This document shows, one piece after another, positions 43,884-54,901 of a DNA stretch of 64,000 nucleotides (positions are counted from its first letter, which is position 1; each line of letters opens with the position of its first letter). The stretch is from positions 511,798 through 575,797 of the forward strand of contig CP072535.1 in NCBI GenBank assembly GCA_021730165.1, written 5' to 3'. Source of the DNA: Candidatus Vesicomyidisocius sp. Pext_18_S21 (GTDB lineage Bacteria; Pseudomonadota; Gammaproteobacteria; PS1; Pseudothioglobaceae). The position numbers were made by a program, and so were the translations under genes. The notes under the pieces are model-generated. The model saw only the letters and a list, made by a program, of their open reading frames with translations, did no database searches and was not told the origin of the DNA.

Positions 43884-44399
43884 CTATAGCCACTCATTCA
43901 TTAATTGTTTTGCATGAGTATTTAAATGTTCATAGAATTTTAATTCTCTAACTAAATTTTTAATTTTATTAAATGTTTTTGTGTTGATAAATAAGAGCTT
44001 AATATTATCTACATTATGTTTAATATTTAAATCATTTTTTTCAATAAAATCATATAGCCTCATTTCATCTTTACTAATCTTAATTAACTCTAAATTCTCT
44101 CTTAATTCAATTTGATTCATTAAAAATTTAGCATCCATTTGAGTGTATTTTTCATCAAATGCATCAATACCATTTAATTCTAATAAATAATTAGCACGAT
44201 TAAGTGGAGATTTTAAAGTATCAAATGCTGTGTTAATTAATGAGGTATTTTGCAATGCTAAAGATCTTTCTTTAGCATTGCTAGTAACAAATTTATCAGG
44301 ATGAAATTTTGCGACTTGTTGTTGATATTTAGCGTTAAGATTAATGATATTTATATTAAAATCAGGTTCTATTGAAAATAATTCAAAATAGTTTTCCAT
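43884..44399 (-). CDS. hscB: Fe-S assembly co-chaperone HscB
   Basis: ATG 44399 gives MENYFELF.. The J-domain has HPD (..KFHPDKF..). The ORF track begins at TTG 44411. Confidence 0.9.
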   Translation of the reverse strand: MENYFELFSIEPDFNINIINLNAKYQQQVAKFHPDKFVTSNAKERSLALQNTSLINTAFDTLKSPLNRANYLLELNGIDAFDEKYTQMDAKFLMNQIELRENLELIKISKDEMRLYDFIEKNDLNIKHNVDNIKLLFINTKTFNKIKNLVRELKFYEHLNTHAKQLMNEWL

Positions 44400-44411
44400 T
44401 TTTTTAAACAA

Positions 44412-44735
44412 CTAAACCGTAAAAGACTCACCACAGCCACATTCAGCTTTAGCATTTGGATTGTTGAATTCAAAGCCTTCATTTAAACCCTTCTTAACGT
44501 AATCAACTTGTGTTCCATCTAAATAAATTAAACTCTTTGTATCAACAATAATTTTAACACCATTATCTTCAAATACAGTATCATCATCAAAAGTACTATC
44601 AACAAACTCCATGTTATAACCAAGACCAGAACAGCCTGTAGTTTGCACTCTAAGACGAATACCTATACCAGAACCACGATTAGTTAAAAACTCAACAATT
44701 CGTTCTACCGCACGCTCAGTTAAAGTAACAGCCAT
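44412..44735 (-). CDS. iscA: Fe-S cluster insertion protein IscA
   Basis: 107 aa with the C-terminal ..CGCGESF motif. Confidence 0.94.
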   Translation of the reverse strand: MAVTLTERAVERIVEFLTNRGSGIGIRLRVQTTGCSGLGYNMEFVDSTFDDDTVFEDNGVKIIVDTKSLIYLDGTQVDYVKKGLNEGFEFNNPNAKAECGCGESFTV

Positions 44736-44742
44736 TATTTAA

Positions 44743-45120
44743 TTAAATTTTGCTTTTAATATCATTAATAGCTGCTTTGATAGCATCTTCAGCTAAAACT
44801 GAACAATGTATTTTGACAGGTGGTAGGGATAACTCTTCTGCAATGTCAGAATTTTTAATTTTTGTTGCTTCATCTAATGTTTTTCCCTTAACCCATTGTG
44901 TTAATAATGAACTTGATGCAATAGCAGAACCACAACCATAAGTTTTAAATTTAGCATCTTCAATCACACCGTTATCATCAATCTTAATTTGTAAACGCAT
45001 CACATCACCACATGCAGGCGCACCTACCATACCCGTACCAACGTTTTTAGCATCTTTATCTAAAACACCTACATTTCGTGGATTTTCATAATGATCCATC
45101 ACTTTTTTACCATATGCCAT
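44743..45120 (-). CDS. iscU: Fe-S scaffold IscU
   Basis: 125 aa with ..GAPACGDVM.., ..GCGSAIASSS.. and ..LPPVKIHCS.. Confidence 0.96.
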   Translation of the reverse strand: MAYGKKVMDHYENPRNVGVLDKDAKNVGTGMVGAPACGDVMRLQIKIDDNGVIEDAKFKTYGCGSAIASSSLLTQWVKGKTLDEATKIKNSDIAEELSLPPVKIHCSVLAEDAIKAAINDIKSKI

Positions 45121-45197
45121 CTCTTTTCCCCTTTTAGTGCTTATTGTTAATCTAATCTTGTTGTAAATCTCTAATCCATATATTTATTACACTTATA

Positions 45198-46412
45198 TCA
45201 ATGTGCCGACCATTCAACTTTACTAATATCAATACCATCTTTGAACATATCCCAAAGTGGTGATAAATCACGTAATTTATCAACTTTAGCCCGTACTAAA
45301 TCTATAGCTTTGTCAACTTGTGCTTTAGTAGTATAACGTCCAATAGTAAATCTAATTGATGAGTGGGCTAATTCATCGTTTAAACCTAGAGCACGTAAAA
45401 CATAGGAAGGTTCAAGACTTGAACTAGTACAAGCTGAACCTGAAGATACAGCAATATCATTAATAGCCATCATTAGTGATTCTCCTTCAACATAATTAAA
45501 ACTAATGTTTAGGTTACCAGGGATACGACTTTCCATATCACCATTTACCACAACCTCTTCCATATCAATAAAACCTACCAATAAACGGTCACGCAATTGT
45601 CTAATTTTTGTATTTTCTTCTCTCATTTCAGCTTGTGCAATCGCAAAAGCCTCGCCCATGCCAACAATTTGATGTGTGGCTAAAGTGCCTGAACGCATAC
45701 CTCTTTCATGTCCACCGCCATGCATTTGCGCCTCAATTCGTACACGTGGTTTACGACGTACATAAAGTGCGCCCATACCTTTAGGTCCATAAATTTTATG
45801 GGCTGAAAAACTCATTAAATCAACGAATAATTCTGATAAATTAATGGCTACTTTCCCTGCTGATTGTGCCGCATCAACATGAAAGAAAATATTATTTTCA
45901 TGACAAAGATTACCAATAGCTTGAATATCTTGAATCACACCAATTTCGTTATTAACATGCATGATTGATACTAATATAGTATCTTCACGCATAGCGTCTC
46001 TTAAGATGTTTAGGTCTAATAAACCATTTGACATTGGATCTAAATACGTCACCTTAAAATCTTCACGTTCTAATTGTCGACAAGTATCTAACACAGACTT
46101 ATGTTCAGTTTTTAAAGTGATAATATGCTTGCCTTTTTTATGATAAAAATGTGCAACACCTTTAATGGCTAGGTTATTAGATTCAGTTGCACCAGAAGTC
46201 CAAACAATTTCTTTTGGATTAGCATCTATCAAATTAGCTACTTGTTGTCTGGCTTTTTTAACAGCTTCATCTGCTTGCCAGCCATAATAATGAGAATTTG
46301 ATGCAGAATTACCAAATTTACCATCCTTTGTTAAATATTGTATCATTTTCTGAGCAACACGTTCATCAACAGGGGTTGTTGCTGAATAATCCATATAAGT
46401 AGGTATTGACAT
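45198..46412 (-). CDS. iscS: cysteine desulfurase IscS
   Basis: 404 aa with ..[10 protein letters not shown].. (PLP Lys) and ..SSGSACTS.. The C-terminus is ..VEWSAH, followed by TGA. Confidence 0.96.
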   Translation of the reverse strand: MSIPTYMDYSATTPVDERVAQKMIQYLTKDGKFGNSASNSHYYGWQADEAVKKARQQVANLIDANPKEIVWTSGATESNNLAIKGVAHFYHKKGKHIITLKTEHKSVLDTCRQLEREDFKVTYLDPMSNGLLDLNILRDAMREDTILVSIMHVNNEIGVIQDIQAIGNLCHENNIFFHVDAAQSAGKVAINLSELFVDLMSFSAHKIYGPKGMGALYVRRKPRVRIEAQMHGGGHERGMRSGTLATHQIVGMGEAFAIAQAEMREENTKIRQLRDRLLVGFIDMEEVVVNGDMESRIPGNLNISFNYVEGESLMMAINDIAVSSGSACTSSSLEPSYVLRALGLNDELAHSSIRFTIGRYTTKAQVDKAIDLVRAKVDKLRDLSPLWDMFKDGIDISKVEWSAH

Positions 46413-46832
46413 TTATACTCCTTTGTTTGAATTATGATCGTCAATTACCATTTGCAAGGTCTTGCCGTTCAAAAATGTTCTAATTTGTTCACTAACCTCG
46501 CACCACAATTGATGAGAAATACATTGACGTCCATTGTTACATACTTTAATGCCTTTACAGCGACGTAAATCAATATTTTCATCTACTGCCTCAATAATTT
46601 GGGTTAAATTAATATCACAAGCTTTAGCATCAAGTAAATAACCACCACCTGGTCCGCGTACACTTTTAACCAATTCAGCACGACGTAATTTAGCAAATAA
46701 TTGTTCTAAGTAAGATAATGAAATATTTTGTCTTTGTGAAATAATATCTAGAGTAATGGGTTTTCCAGTGTCATTAGATGCCAAATCTAATATTGCAGTT
46801 ACTGCGTAACGACCTTTGGTTGTTAATTGCAT
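46413..46832 (-). CDS. iscR: Rrf2-family Fe-S regulator IscR
   Basis: 139 aa beginning MQLTTKGRYAVTA.. (winged helix-turn-helix) with a C-x5-C-x5-C cluster-ligand motif. Confidence 0.93.
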   Translation of the reverse strand: MQLTTKGRYAVTAILDLASNDTGKPITLDIISQRQNISLSYLEQLFAKLRRAELVKSVRGPGGGYLLDAKACDINLTQIIEAVDENIDLRRCKGIKVCNNGRQCISHQLWCEVSEQIRTFLNGKTLQMVIDDHNSNKGV

Positions 46833-46860
46833 ATCGGTCCTAATTCTAATAATAATAATA

Positions 46861-46890
46861 ATTATACACTTAACCTAGTTATTTAGTCAA
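46861..46890 (-). promoter_or_regulatory. near-consensus sigma-70 promoter of the isc operon
   Basis: On the minus strand: TTGACT (46890-46885), an 18-nt spacer, then TATAAT (46866-46861), about 30 nt upstream of the iscR ATG. AGGA lies 7 nt before the start. Confidence 0.5.
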
Positions 46891-46914
46891 GTAAAGAACC
46901 TTAACATCAAATAG

Positions 46915-47616
46915 TTATTTACTTTCAATCTCCAAATTATTCATAGAAGCTGCTCCTTGCTGGTCTTTAATGTTTAATTTCTTTGAAATCTTATGCAATT
47001 GAAAATCCACATCGTGTAAATGTAGTAAAATAAAATTAATAGCCTCAATAGTAGGATCATCAACATTATTACCCACAGCGTAAGAGTCAAAATGGTTTGA
47101 TTGAATTTTATTATTTTTCAAAACACGACCAGGAACACCAACAACTGTCTGAGATTCATCAATAGATTTAACTACCACAGAATTTGAACCTACTCTAACA
47201 TTATCAGCAAGTACAATTGGACCTAGTATTTTTGCGCCAGCGCCAATCACTACATGATTACCTAAAATAGGATGGCGTTTACCTTTTTGCCAAGTTGTTC
47301 CACCAAGTGTAACACCATGATACATAGTACAATCATCACCAATTTCAGCAGTTTCACCAATAACTACACCCATACCATGATCAATAAAAAAACGTCTACC
47401 AATAACAGCACCGGGATGAATTTCAATTCCTGTAAACCATCTTGCTAGTGATGATATAAATCTTGCTAGCCATTTAAACTTAAACCTCCATAGTCGATGA
47501 CTCAAACGATAAAATAACATAGCTTGCACACCTGAATAGCAAGTTATAATTTCAAAGGTATTTCTAGCAGCAGGGTCACGATCAAAAATACTTTGAATAT
47601 CTTCAATAAATTTCAT
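46915..47616 (-). CDS. cysE: serine O-acetyltransferase
   Basis: 233 aa with ..DRDPAA.. and the hexapeptide region ..[28 protein letters not shown].. Confidence 0.92.
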   Translation of the reverse strand: MKFIEDIQSIFDRDPAARNTFEIITCYSGVQAMLFYRLSHRLWRFKFKWLARFISSLARWFTGIEIHPGAVIGRRFFIDHGMGVVIGETAEIGDDCTMYHGVTLGGTTWQKGKRHPILGNHVVIGAGAKILGPIVLADNVRVGSNSVVVKSIDESQTVVGVPGRVLKNNKIQSNHFDSYAVGNNVDDPTIEAINFILLHLHDVDFQLHKISKKLNIKDQQGAASMNNLEIESK

Positions 47617-47685
47617 AGATAAAATTATATCATATAAGCCTCATAATGCCTCAAATTTCGTTTATATGTAAACAATTCTATTGTA

Positions 47686-48525
47686 TTAATACTTAATAAT
47701 TGATTTAAAACGCTTATAATTCCACAAATATTGCTCTGGTTGAGTTGTTACTAAATCTTCAATAACCTTATTCATTAATGATACATCATCTCCAAGTATG
47801 TTAGTGTCAGACAGTATTTGTACTGGTTTAAGATTAAGTTCATACCCCTTAGCGTCTGGTAGGCGTTTTGTCCACGCCATAATTACTTGAGCATTATTCT
47901 TTCTAGTAAGTCTTACTAGTAAAGTCATAGTACGTGTATTTTGTGAAAAAAATGGTGCTGAAATACTACCCATTTCACCAGGGTCTTGGTCAGGTAATAT
48001 AGCAATAAGTTGTTTTTTATTAATTGCTCTTTGCAATTTAATAACACCTTTTTTATTAGCTGGTACCATTAATAAATTACCCTGCTCTCGTTTTGAAAGT
48101 AATAACCTATTTTGTTGTTTATTTTTTAAAATTTTATACATAAATGTAACTGGCTTAGTTAGTGATATCATTCTAGCTACCAACTCCCAACAGCCAAAAT
48201 GTGGTACTAATAAGATAACAGCTTTATTACTTTTAAGATACTTCATACCAAAGGTATTTGTAACGTATTTTACATTATCATCAAAATTCTTAAACCAAAT
48301 AAATCCAGATTCACTTAAACCTTTGCCTAACTCTACTAAAGACTTTCTAATTAGAATCTGTTGTTGTTTTAAGTTTAATCCTGGAAAACAAAGTTGAATA
48401 TTTTTACTTACTATATCTCTAGAGTTAGACTTTGTTAAATACAAATATTTGCCAATAACCATACCAATAAAATGATTTAATTTCAGCGGTATAATTGAAA
48501 AAATCCAAAGAATAAACCTAATCAT
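47686..48525 (-). CDS. lpxL: lipid A secondary acyltransferase (LpxL/HtrB family)
   Basis: It has an N-terminal TM helix and the ..VPHFGCWE.. HX4E motif. ATG 48525 (MIRFILWIF..) avoids overlap with ttcA; the ORF-track start is 48546. Confidence 0.8.
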   Translation of the reverse strand: MIRFILWIFSIIPLKLNHFIGMVIGKYLYLTKSNSRDIVSKNIQLCFPGLNLKQQQILIRKSLVELGKGLSESGFIWFKNFDDNVKYVTNTFGMKYLKSNKAVILLVPHFGCWELVARMISLTKPVTFMYKILKNKQQNRLLLSKREQGNLLMVPANKKGVIKLQRAINKKQLIAILPDQDPGEMGSISAPFFSQNTRTMTLLVRLTRKNNAQVIMAWTKRLPDAKGYELNLKPVQILSDTNILGDDVSLMNKVIEDLVTTQPEQYLWNYKRFKSIIKY

Positions 48526-48526
48526 T

Positions 48527-49309
48527 TTAACCTTTCTTAGTTTCATCCAACATAGGCTTCATAGCACTTAGTAGATTTTTGTATAAGTTAGGTGTGCGTT
48601 TTTCTTCAGTTAATAGCCACTTCTTAAAATGCGCCCGCTCGGTAGGTATTTGATAACAAGCTGGACAAGAATCTTTAATCACAGGTAAGTGTGTTATTTT
48701 AGCAAAATCAGCCAATTGTCTTTCTCGAACGTATGCTAGTGGACGAATAACTCGTAAATCCTTTGCATCATTAATATAATGAGCTTTCATAGTTTGAATT
48801 TTGCCATTATGACACATTGACATCATTAGTGATTCAGCTAAATCATCCAAATGATGTCCTAATGCTAAAACATTATAACCTTCTCGACGTGCCACTTGGT
48901 ACATTAGTCCTCGTTTAATGCGAGCGCAAAAAGAGCAATACGAATTTCCTTTCATGCTTTTTTCAGCTTGCTTCATAATAGAAAAAGTTTCGAAGAAATA
49001 CGGTGTATCAAATTTTCTAAAAAAATACTCCAAAGCTTGCGGTTCAAAACCATCTATTTTAGGGTCAATAGTAACCACACCAAATTCAAAATAAATTGGA
49101 GCAGAAACTAAAAAATGTCGAAAAATATGGAACAAACTCAACGAGTCTTTACCGCCAGATACTGCCAGAAGCACTTTATCGTCTTCCTTAATCATTTTAA
49201 AATCATTAATAGCACGCCCCACTAATTTAACTAGTAACTTTGGCAGAACTATTCTAGGCTCAACCGTATGTATTTTCTTAGAAAGATTTATTTTATTTGT
49301 GAAAACCAT
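48527..49309 (-). CDS. ttcA: tRNA 2-thiocytidine biosynthesis protein TtcA
   Basis: 260 aa with PP-loop ..AVSGGKDSLS.. and the CSFCAR and CPAC cysteine pairs. Confidence 0.9.
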   Translation of the reverse strand: MVFTNKINLSKKIHTVEPRIVLPKLLVKLVGRAINDFKMIKEDDKVLLAVSGGKDSLSLFHIFRHFLVSAPIYFEFGVVTIDPKIDGFEPQALEYFFRKFDTPYFFETFSIMKQAEKSMKGNSYCSFCARIKRGLMYQVARREGYNVLALGHHLDDLAESLMMSMCHNGKIQTMKAHYINDAKDLRVIRPLAYVRERQLADFAKITHLPVIKDSCPACYQIPTERAHFKKWLLTEEKRTPNLYKNLLSAMKPMLDETKKG

Positions 49310-49785
49310 TTTCTTTGTCTTTCTAGAATTCCTGCATTCAAATTATTTTCCATACCTGTTATACAAAAAAGTCTTCTCGCTATTAATTATGTTAATGGAT
49401 ATTTCAGATAATAATCTTTTTTTTACAAGTTTTACTTAGATCATCTTTATTAAAAGTATGAAACACTCACTAAATAAAATAGTGCCATTATAGAAAATCA
49501 AAATAGTAAGTACATGCAGTTGCTAAATCTTTTATTAGATAACCGATATTTATATTATGCTTTCTAAGCATTGTAATTTTACATTTAATACTTTTTATAT
49601 CAAACTATAATTGGATAAAACTATTTTTTTTAAAGAATGATAAATCAAATATTGATAGTTATAAAAGATAAAATTCATGTTATCTAATTCAGTCAAACCA
49701 TTTAGTAATATACAAATAATTTTATTATATTTTATATTTAATTAAAACGAATCTTACCCAGATATATTATTATATAGAAATATAT

Positions 49786-51159
49786 TTATGATGGTGATAA
49801 CTGATCAATGATTTCTTTAAAGTTAAGCACTGATTCTTGATAATTTTTAAACACTTGAATATAATTAAGATTTGCACTTTGTTCATTATTTTGCGCTGCA
49901 ATAACAAAACTTACCTGAGAGTTAGCATTATTATATCTTCGTCTTTCTTCAACAGTTCGAGCTTTAGCAGTTTTTATTTGCGCTTTACTTAATTCAAGTA
50001 TTTCTAATAAATATTTGATCTTTTGTTTTAATACGTTTGCTTTAGAATAAATATTTAGTAATTGTTCTTGCTTTTTCTCTTTAGCTTTAGCAAGCATTAT
50101 TTGTGTTTTTATAATGTTTGATTGAGCTTGAATATTACCGATAGGATAGCTAAAATCTAAGCCAATACTCCATGATGAACTTGGGTTAGAAATAGAGTTT
50201 GTATAATAGCTATTTTTATTCTCATTTATAATACCAAGTTTTAAGTCAAACTGTGCTTTTGAATTACTCTTATCACTCTTTAATTGAAGTTCTAACAAAT
50301 CTTGATTTAAATCAGCTATTTTTAATATTCTAGAATTAGCTAATAAGTACTGTTTAAGATCATCTTTATTAATTATGTAGGGTTTATATAAATCAAATTC
50401 AGCTTTAACGCTATAAAGATTAATATCTAAAATAATAGATAGTTCATAACGTATAATATTTAAATATTGTTGAGTTTGAAGTTGTCTCTGTTTAGCACTA
50501 TGATAAGCATCTTCTTGCAATAACACATCAACTTTGTCAATAACTGCCATCTTAAATTTTTGTTTTATTAAAGTTAATTCTTGAGTTGCTAAATCTAGAC
50601 GTTGATTATCAATTATTAAACGCTCTTGTGTGTAAGCTAAATCAATAAATTTCTTTAATTGGATAAGAATAAAAGCTTCTTTTTGTTCAGCAATATTAAG
50701 CTTAGATATTTGTATGTTAATACTGGATAAACCCGTATTTAGTTGATCATTTATACCGCTTGCATTCTTTAATAATGGATGAACATAATCAATAGAAAAT
50801 TTACTATTATTAGTATCTATATTAGTAGTTGTATTCTTATTTTGTTGTCTCCAGCTATGTTTAAAAGTAATATCAGCACCTGAACTTACTATTTTTTTAG
50901 TTGCTAAAAAATCAACTGAAATGGTATTTAGATTATTATCTATATTTACATTGTTAAAATTAGTTTTTACTCCAACAAGCCAATCTTGGTTAGCTGTAGT
51001 TTTTTGTTGATCAATTTCTTTAATTTGTAAAGATAAATTAAGCTTTGTAAAAAAAGGATGTATACCTTCTAAACGTTCAATAAATTTATTTTGTGTCATT
51101 GCTTTAGAATTAAAACAAATAATAATAATAATATTAAAAATAATAAAATGTTTTTTCAT
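49786..51159 (-). CDS. TolC-like outer-membrane efflux factor (OEP family)
   Basis: 457 aa with a signal peptide and two repeats of long coiled helices plus beta segments (..SWSIGLDFSYPIGN..). Its ATG overlaps the aroK TGA (ATGA). Confidence 0.78.
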   Translation of the reverse strand: MKKHFIIFNIIIIICFNSKAMTQNKFIERLEGIHPFFTKLNLSLQIKEIDQQKTTANQDWLVGVKTNFNNVNIDNNLNTISVDFLATKKIVSSGADITFKHSWRQQNKNTTTNIDTNNSKFSIDYVHPLLKNASGINDQLNTGLSSINIQISKLNIAEQKEAFILIQLKKFIDLAYTQERLIIDNQRLDLATQELTLIKQKFKMAVIDKVDVLLQEDAYHSAKQRQLQTQQYLNIIRYELSIILDINLYSVKAEFDLYKPYIINKDDLKQYLLANSRILKIADLNQDLLELQLKSDKSNSKAQFDLKLGIINENKNSYYTNSISNPSSSWSIGLDFSYPIGNIQAQSNIIKTQIMLAKAKEKKQEQLLNIYSKANVLKQKIKYLLEILELSKAQIKTAKARTVEERRRYNNANSQVSFVIAAQNNEQSANLNYIQVFKNYQESVLNFKEIIDQLSPS

Positions 51160-51680
51160 ATCGGAATAACTTTTATAATTTCACTAATAATAGCGTATAA
51201 TTTTTTATTTGTAGTATCAATTACTACATCTGCTACTGTCTGATACAAAGGTTCCCGTTTTAATAATAAATTATTAATAGTTTTTTCTCTATCATATGAC
51301 TGTTCAAGTAAAGGCCTAGATTTAGAATTCATGGTATACTTAAGTAATTGTTCAGTTGTTGATGATAGATATATTACAAAATTACCCTGCTTAAGGATTT
51401 TTCGATTTTGAATGTTAATAACGATACCCCCTCCAGTGGCAATAACAATATGCTTAATTTCACATAAATCAGACAACATTTGTATTTCACGTTTGCGAAA
51501 ACCTTTCTCTCCCTCTACATCAAAAATATGATTAATAGAAACTCCTGTTCGTGCTACTATCTCAAAGTCTGAATCAAAAAAATCACGATTAAGAATACAA
51601 GCTAAACGACGACCAACTGATGTTTTACCAGAACCCATAGGCCCAACTAAAATAATATTTCTTGATGAATTACCACTCAC
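51156..51680 (-). CDS. aroK: shikimate kinase
   Basis: 174 aa with a GTG start and P-loop GPMGSGKTS. Confidence 0.92.
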   Translation of the reverse strand: MSGNSSRNIILVGPMGSGKTSVGRRLACILNRDFFDSDFEIVARTGVSINHIFDVEGEKGFRKREIQMLSDLCEIKHIVIATGGGIVINIQNRKILKQGNFVIYLSSTTEQLLKYTMNSKSRPLLEQSYDREKTINNLLLKREPLYQTVADVVIDTTNKKLYAIISEIIKVIPI

Positions 51681-51885
51681 AAAAGCTTATACTTATTTGT
51701 AACTGAAACAACCATAACGAAAACGAATAAGATATCTTATCATTTTTTGATAAATCGAAAAAATACCACAAGTTTCATATTCTACTTTTATTCCTTTGGT
51801 TTCAAGCAATAAAATAATAAATCTTTTACTTTTACAATATTAAAAAACATGTTATTTTAAAAATCGTTCACATAATATAAATTCA

Positions 51886-52815
51886 TTAGCAAAACCCATT
51901 AACAATCCAATGTTGGTATTGTTCATTTCTACCATAAACACAATTAAAATATAAAGTTTGCAATTGTTCGGTTACTGGACCACGTGTACCTAAACCAATT
52001 ATACGATTATCCAGCTCACGAATAGGAGTTATTTCTGCTGCAGTACCTGTAAAAAATGCTTCATCTGAAATATACACCTCATCACGAGTAATGTGTTTTT
52101 CAATCACTTTATAACCTAAATTAGTTGCCAATTTAAATACTGTATCACGGGTAATTCCTGCTAACGCTGAAGTTAAACTAGGTGTGTAAATAACACTATC
52201 TTGCACAATGAAAATATTTTCGCCACTACCTTCAGCCACGAAACCATCAGCGTCTAACAATAATGCTTCATCATAACCATCAATTAATGCTTCCTGTAAA
52301 GCGAGCATTGAATTAATATAGTTACCATTAGCCTTGGCTTTAGTCATAGTAATATTAACATGATGACGCGTATAACTTGAAGTCCGAACACGAATACCAT
52401 TTTTCATATTATCCTCACCTAAATACGACCCCCACTCCCAAGCAGCAATAATAGTGTGCACCTTAAGCCCATCAGCACGTAATCCCATACCTTCTGAGCC
52501 ATAAAAACACATAGGACGAATATAAGCACTATCAAGATTATTTTTAGCAACTGCGTCTTTTGAGACTTGATTAAGTTTCTCTTTAGAAAAACCAATATCC
52601 ATATTCATAATCTTAGCAGAATTAAATAACCTATTAACATGTTCTTCAAGGCGAAAAATTGCTGTTCCTTTTTTAGTTTCATATGCACGAATACCTTCAA
52701 ACACACCCATACCATAATGCAGAGTATGAGTCAATACATGGACTTTAGCTTCGCGCCAATCTACCCAATCACCATCAAACCAAATTAAACCATCTCTATC
52801 ATCAAATGTATGCAT
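51886..52815 (-). CDS. ilvE: branched-chain amino acid aminotransferase
   Basis: 309 aa of class IV aminotransferase type (..HYGMGVFEGIRAY.., ..EGSGENIF..). Confidence 0.93.
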   Translation of the reverse strand: MHTFDDRDGLIWFDGDWVDWREAKVHVLTHTLHYGMGVFEGIRAYETKKGTAIFRLEEHVNRLFNSAKIMNMDIGFSKEKLNQVSKDAVAKNNLDSAYIRPMCFYGSEGMGLRADGLKVHTIIAAWEWGSYLGEDNMKNGIRVRTSSYTRHHVNITMTKAKANGNYINSMLALQEALIDGYDEALLLDADGFVAEGSGENIFIVQDSVIYTPSLTSALAGITRDTVFKLATNLGYKVIEKHITRDEVYISDEAFFTGTAAEITPIRELDNRIIGLGTRGPVTEQLQTLYFNCVYGRNEQYQHWIVNGFC

Positions 52816-52817
52816 TC

Positions 52818-54041
52818 TTATTCCTTATCCAATTCAAATACAGCGTGTAATGAACGCACTGCCAACTCTAAATATTTTTCATCAATCACTACTGAAATCT
52901 TAATTTCACTAGTGGAAATCATCTGAATATTAATACCCTCATTGTATAATACCTCAAACATTTGAGTGGCGATGCCAGCATGAGAACGTATACCAATACC
53001 AACTAATGATACCTTAACTACTTTATCATCACTTTGAACAGCTATTGCACCTATCTCTTTACATACATTATTTAATATTTTACTCGCAGTCTTGAAGTTA
53101 TTTCTATGTACAGTAAAAGCAAAATTAGTTAAACCTTCGCGTGCAGATACGCTTTGTACAATCATATCAACTTCAATATTAGCACTACTAATTGGATTTA
53201 AAATTTTGAATGCAATACCAGGTTCGTCTAGCACGCCAATTAAACTTAATTTTGCCTCATCTTTATTATGAGCAATACCTGAAATAACTACCTGTTCCAC
53301 AATATTCTCCTCTCTGGTAATTAGTGTACCTAAGGGATTATCAATCAAAGATGATAGCACTCTTAATGGTACTTTATATTTTGATGCAAACTCTACTGAA
53401 CGAATTTGCAAAACTTTTGAGCCAAGTGATGACATCTCCAACATCTCTTCATAACTAACAACATTTATTCTTCTAGCATTTATCTCAATACGTGGATCAG
53501 TTGTAAAAACACCATCTACATCAGTATAAATTTGGCATTCATCAGCCTTAAGCGCAGCAACAAGTGCCACAGCAGTGGTATCAGAACCACCCCGACCCAA
53601 TGTAGTAATGTGTCCATTTTCATCCACTCCCTGAAATCCTGCCACAACAACGACCTTACCTTGATCTAAACTTCGGAAAATGCGATGATTATCAATGGAC
53701 TTAATACGCGCTTTACCATGCTCAGAGTCAGTCATAATACATACTTGAGGGCCTGTGTAAGAAACTGCATCACAACCTAATTGTTGCAATGCCATAGTAA
53801 GCAAAGCAATTGTCACTTGTTCTCCAGTCGTTAGTAGAACATCCATCTCTCTTAAAGAAGGTACATCTTGAATGGTTTGTGCAAGCGCAGTCATTCTACT
53901 AGTCTCACCACTCATGGCAGATACACTAACCACTAATTGATGACCTTTCTCTTTAAATGCTTTAATTTTTTGTGCAACTGCCTGAATACGCTCAACCGAA
54001 GCAACTGAAGTACCGCCATATTTTTGTACAATTAACGCCAT
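52818..54041 (-). CDS. lysC: aspartate kinase
   Basis: 407 aa with ..VQKYGGTSV.., ..TLGRGGSDTTA.. and two C-terminal ACT domains. Confidence 0.94.
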   Translation of the reverse strand: MALIVQKYGGTSVASVERIQAVAQKIKAFKEKGHQLVVSVSAMSGETSRMTALAQTIQDVPSLREMDVLLTTGEQVTIALLTMALQQLGCDAVSYTGPQVCIMTDSEHGKARIKSIDNHRIFRSLDQGKVVVVAGFQGVDENGHITTLGRGGSDTTAVALVAALKADECQIYTDVDGVFTTDPRIEINARRINVVSYEEMLEMSSLGSKVLQIRSVEFASKYKVPLRVLSSLIDNPLGTLITREENIVEQVVISGIAHNKDEAKLSLIGVLDEPGIAFKILNPISSANIEVDMIVQSVSAREGLTNFAFTVHRNNFKTASKILNNVCKEIGAIAVQSDDKVVKVSLVGIGIRSHAGIATQMFEVLYNEGINIQMISTSEIKISVVIDEKYLELAVRSLHAVFELDKE

Positions 54042-54901
54042 TAATTATAATTCAATTAACCAAAAAAAATCCTACTAAAACAAGCTTTTTTAAAAAGTAT
54101 TTAATACTTAATCACTGTTTAATTATTAAAGATATATTTTAGCTTGAAAGCATAAATCAGAAAGTCAACGCAATCACTACATCAATAATTAATACCTCGG
54201 AAATAAACATAGCTAATGCCTAAGCACCTATTAATTGTACCATTAATAGCGGTATAAAACTTTTTAATATAATACTAAAATTAAAAAATATTGTACCATT
54301 TTTATCTCTAAACATATATTTTAAGAAAACATTATCTAAGATAATTGACAATACCTTTTAAAGTGACAATATCATAAATTACTCAACCAATTTTAAAATA
54401 TGAGTAAATACATATTTAAAAACATGTTATAGAAATAGAATTATTAGTAAACAGTGTAGATTTGATCTATTACACCTCTATTGCATCACCTAATTTATTT
54501 TTCAGTAGCCATAAAAATTACCTATTTAAGAGTAATGCATTTCATATAATTATAATTTATTTTGATTTTTACAATAATAATCAATATGCTTATGTCTTTT
54601 TTAGATTACATGAGTTAAAAACTACTAAACCTTAAGCAATATATTAGTATATTATTGATTTGTTATTTATAATAACATTATAATCTATTATAAACTATTT
54701 GAGTATTTAACCTTAAAATAAATACAGTAATATTTTTCCCTTTATTTAATAATGAGTAATTATTAGACCAAAAAAAATAGTTAAATTTAATAAATCCTAT
54801 CTTATTTTTAAGTAATCTTTTAAACTCATTATAATACTCCCTATTGTTTATCAATACCTATTTATCTAGGTAAAATAACAATTTTCGTTTTTCTAAAAAA
54901 C

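Noticed and set aside
54042-54300. Lysine riboswitch (L-box) in the lysC leader.
   Set aside because: The minus-strand leader is almost pure A/T. It lacks the GC-rich helices and the conserved AGAGGCGC-type core that I would expect.
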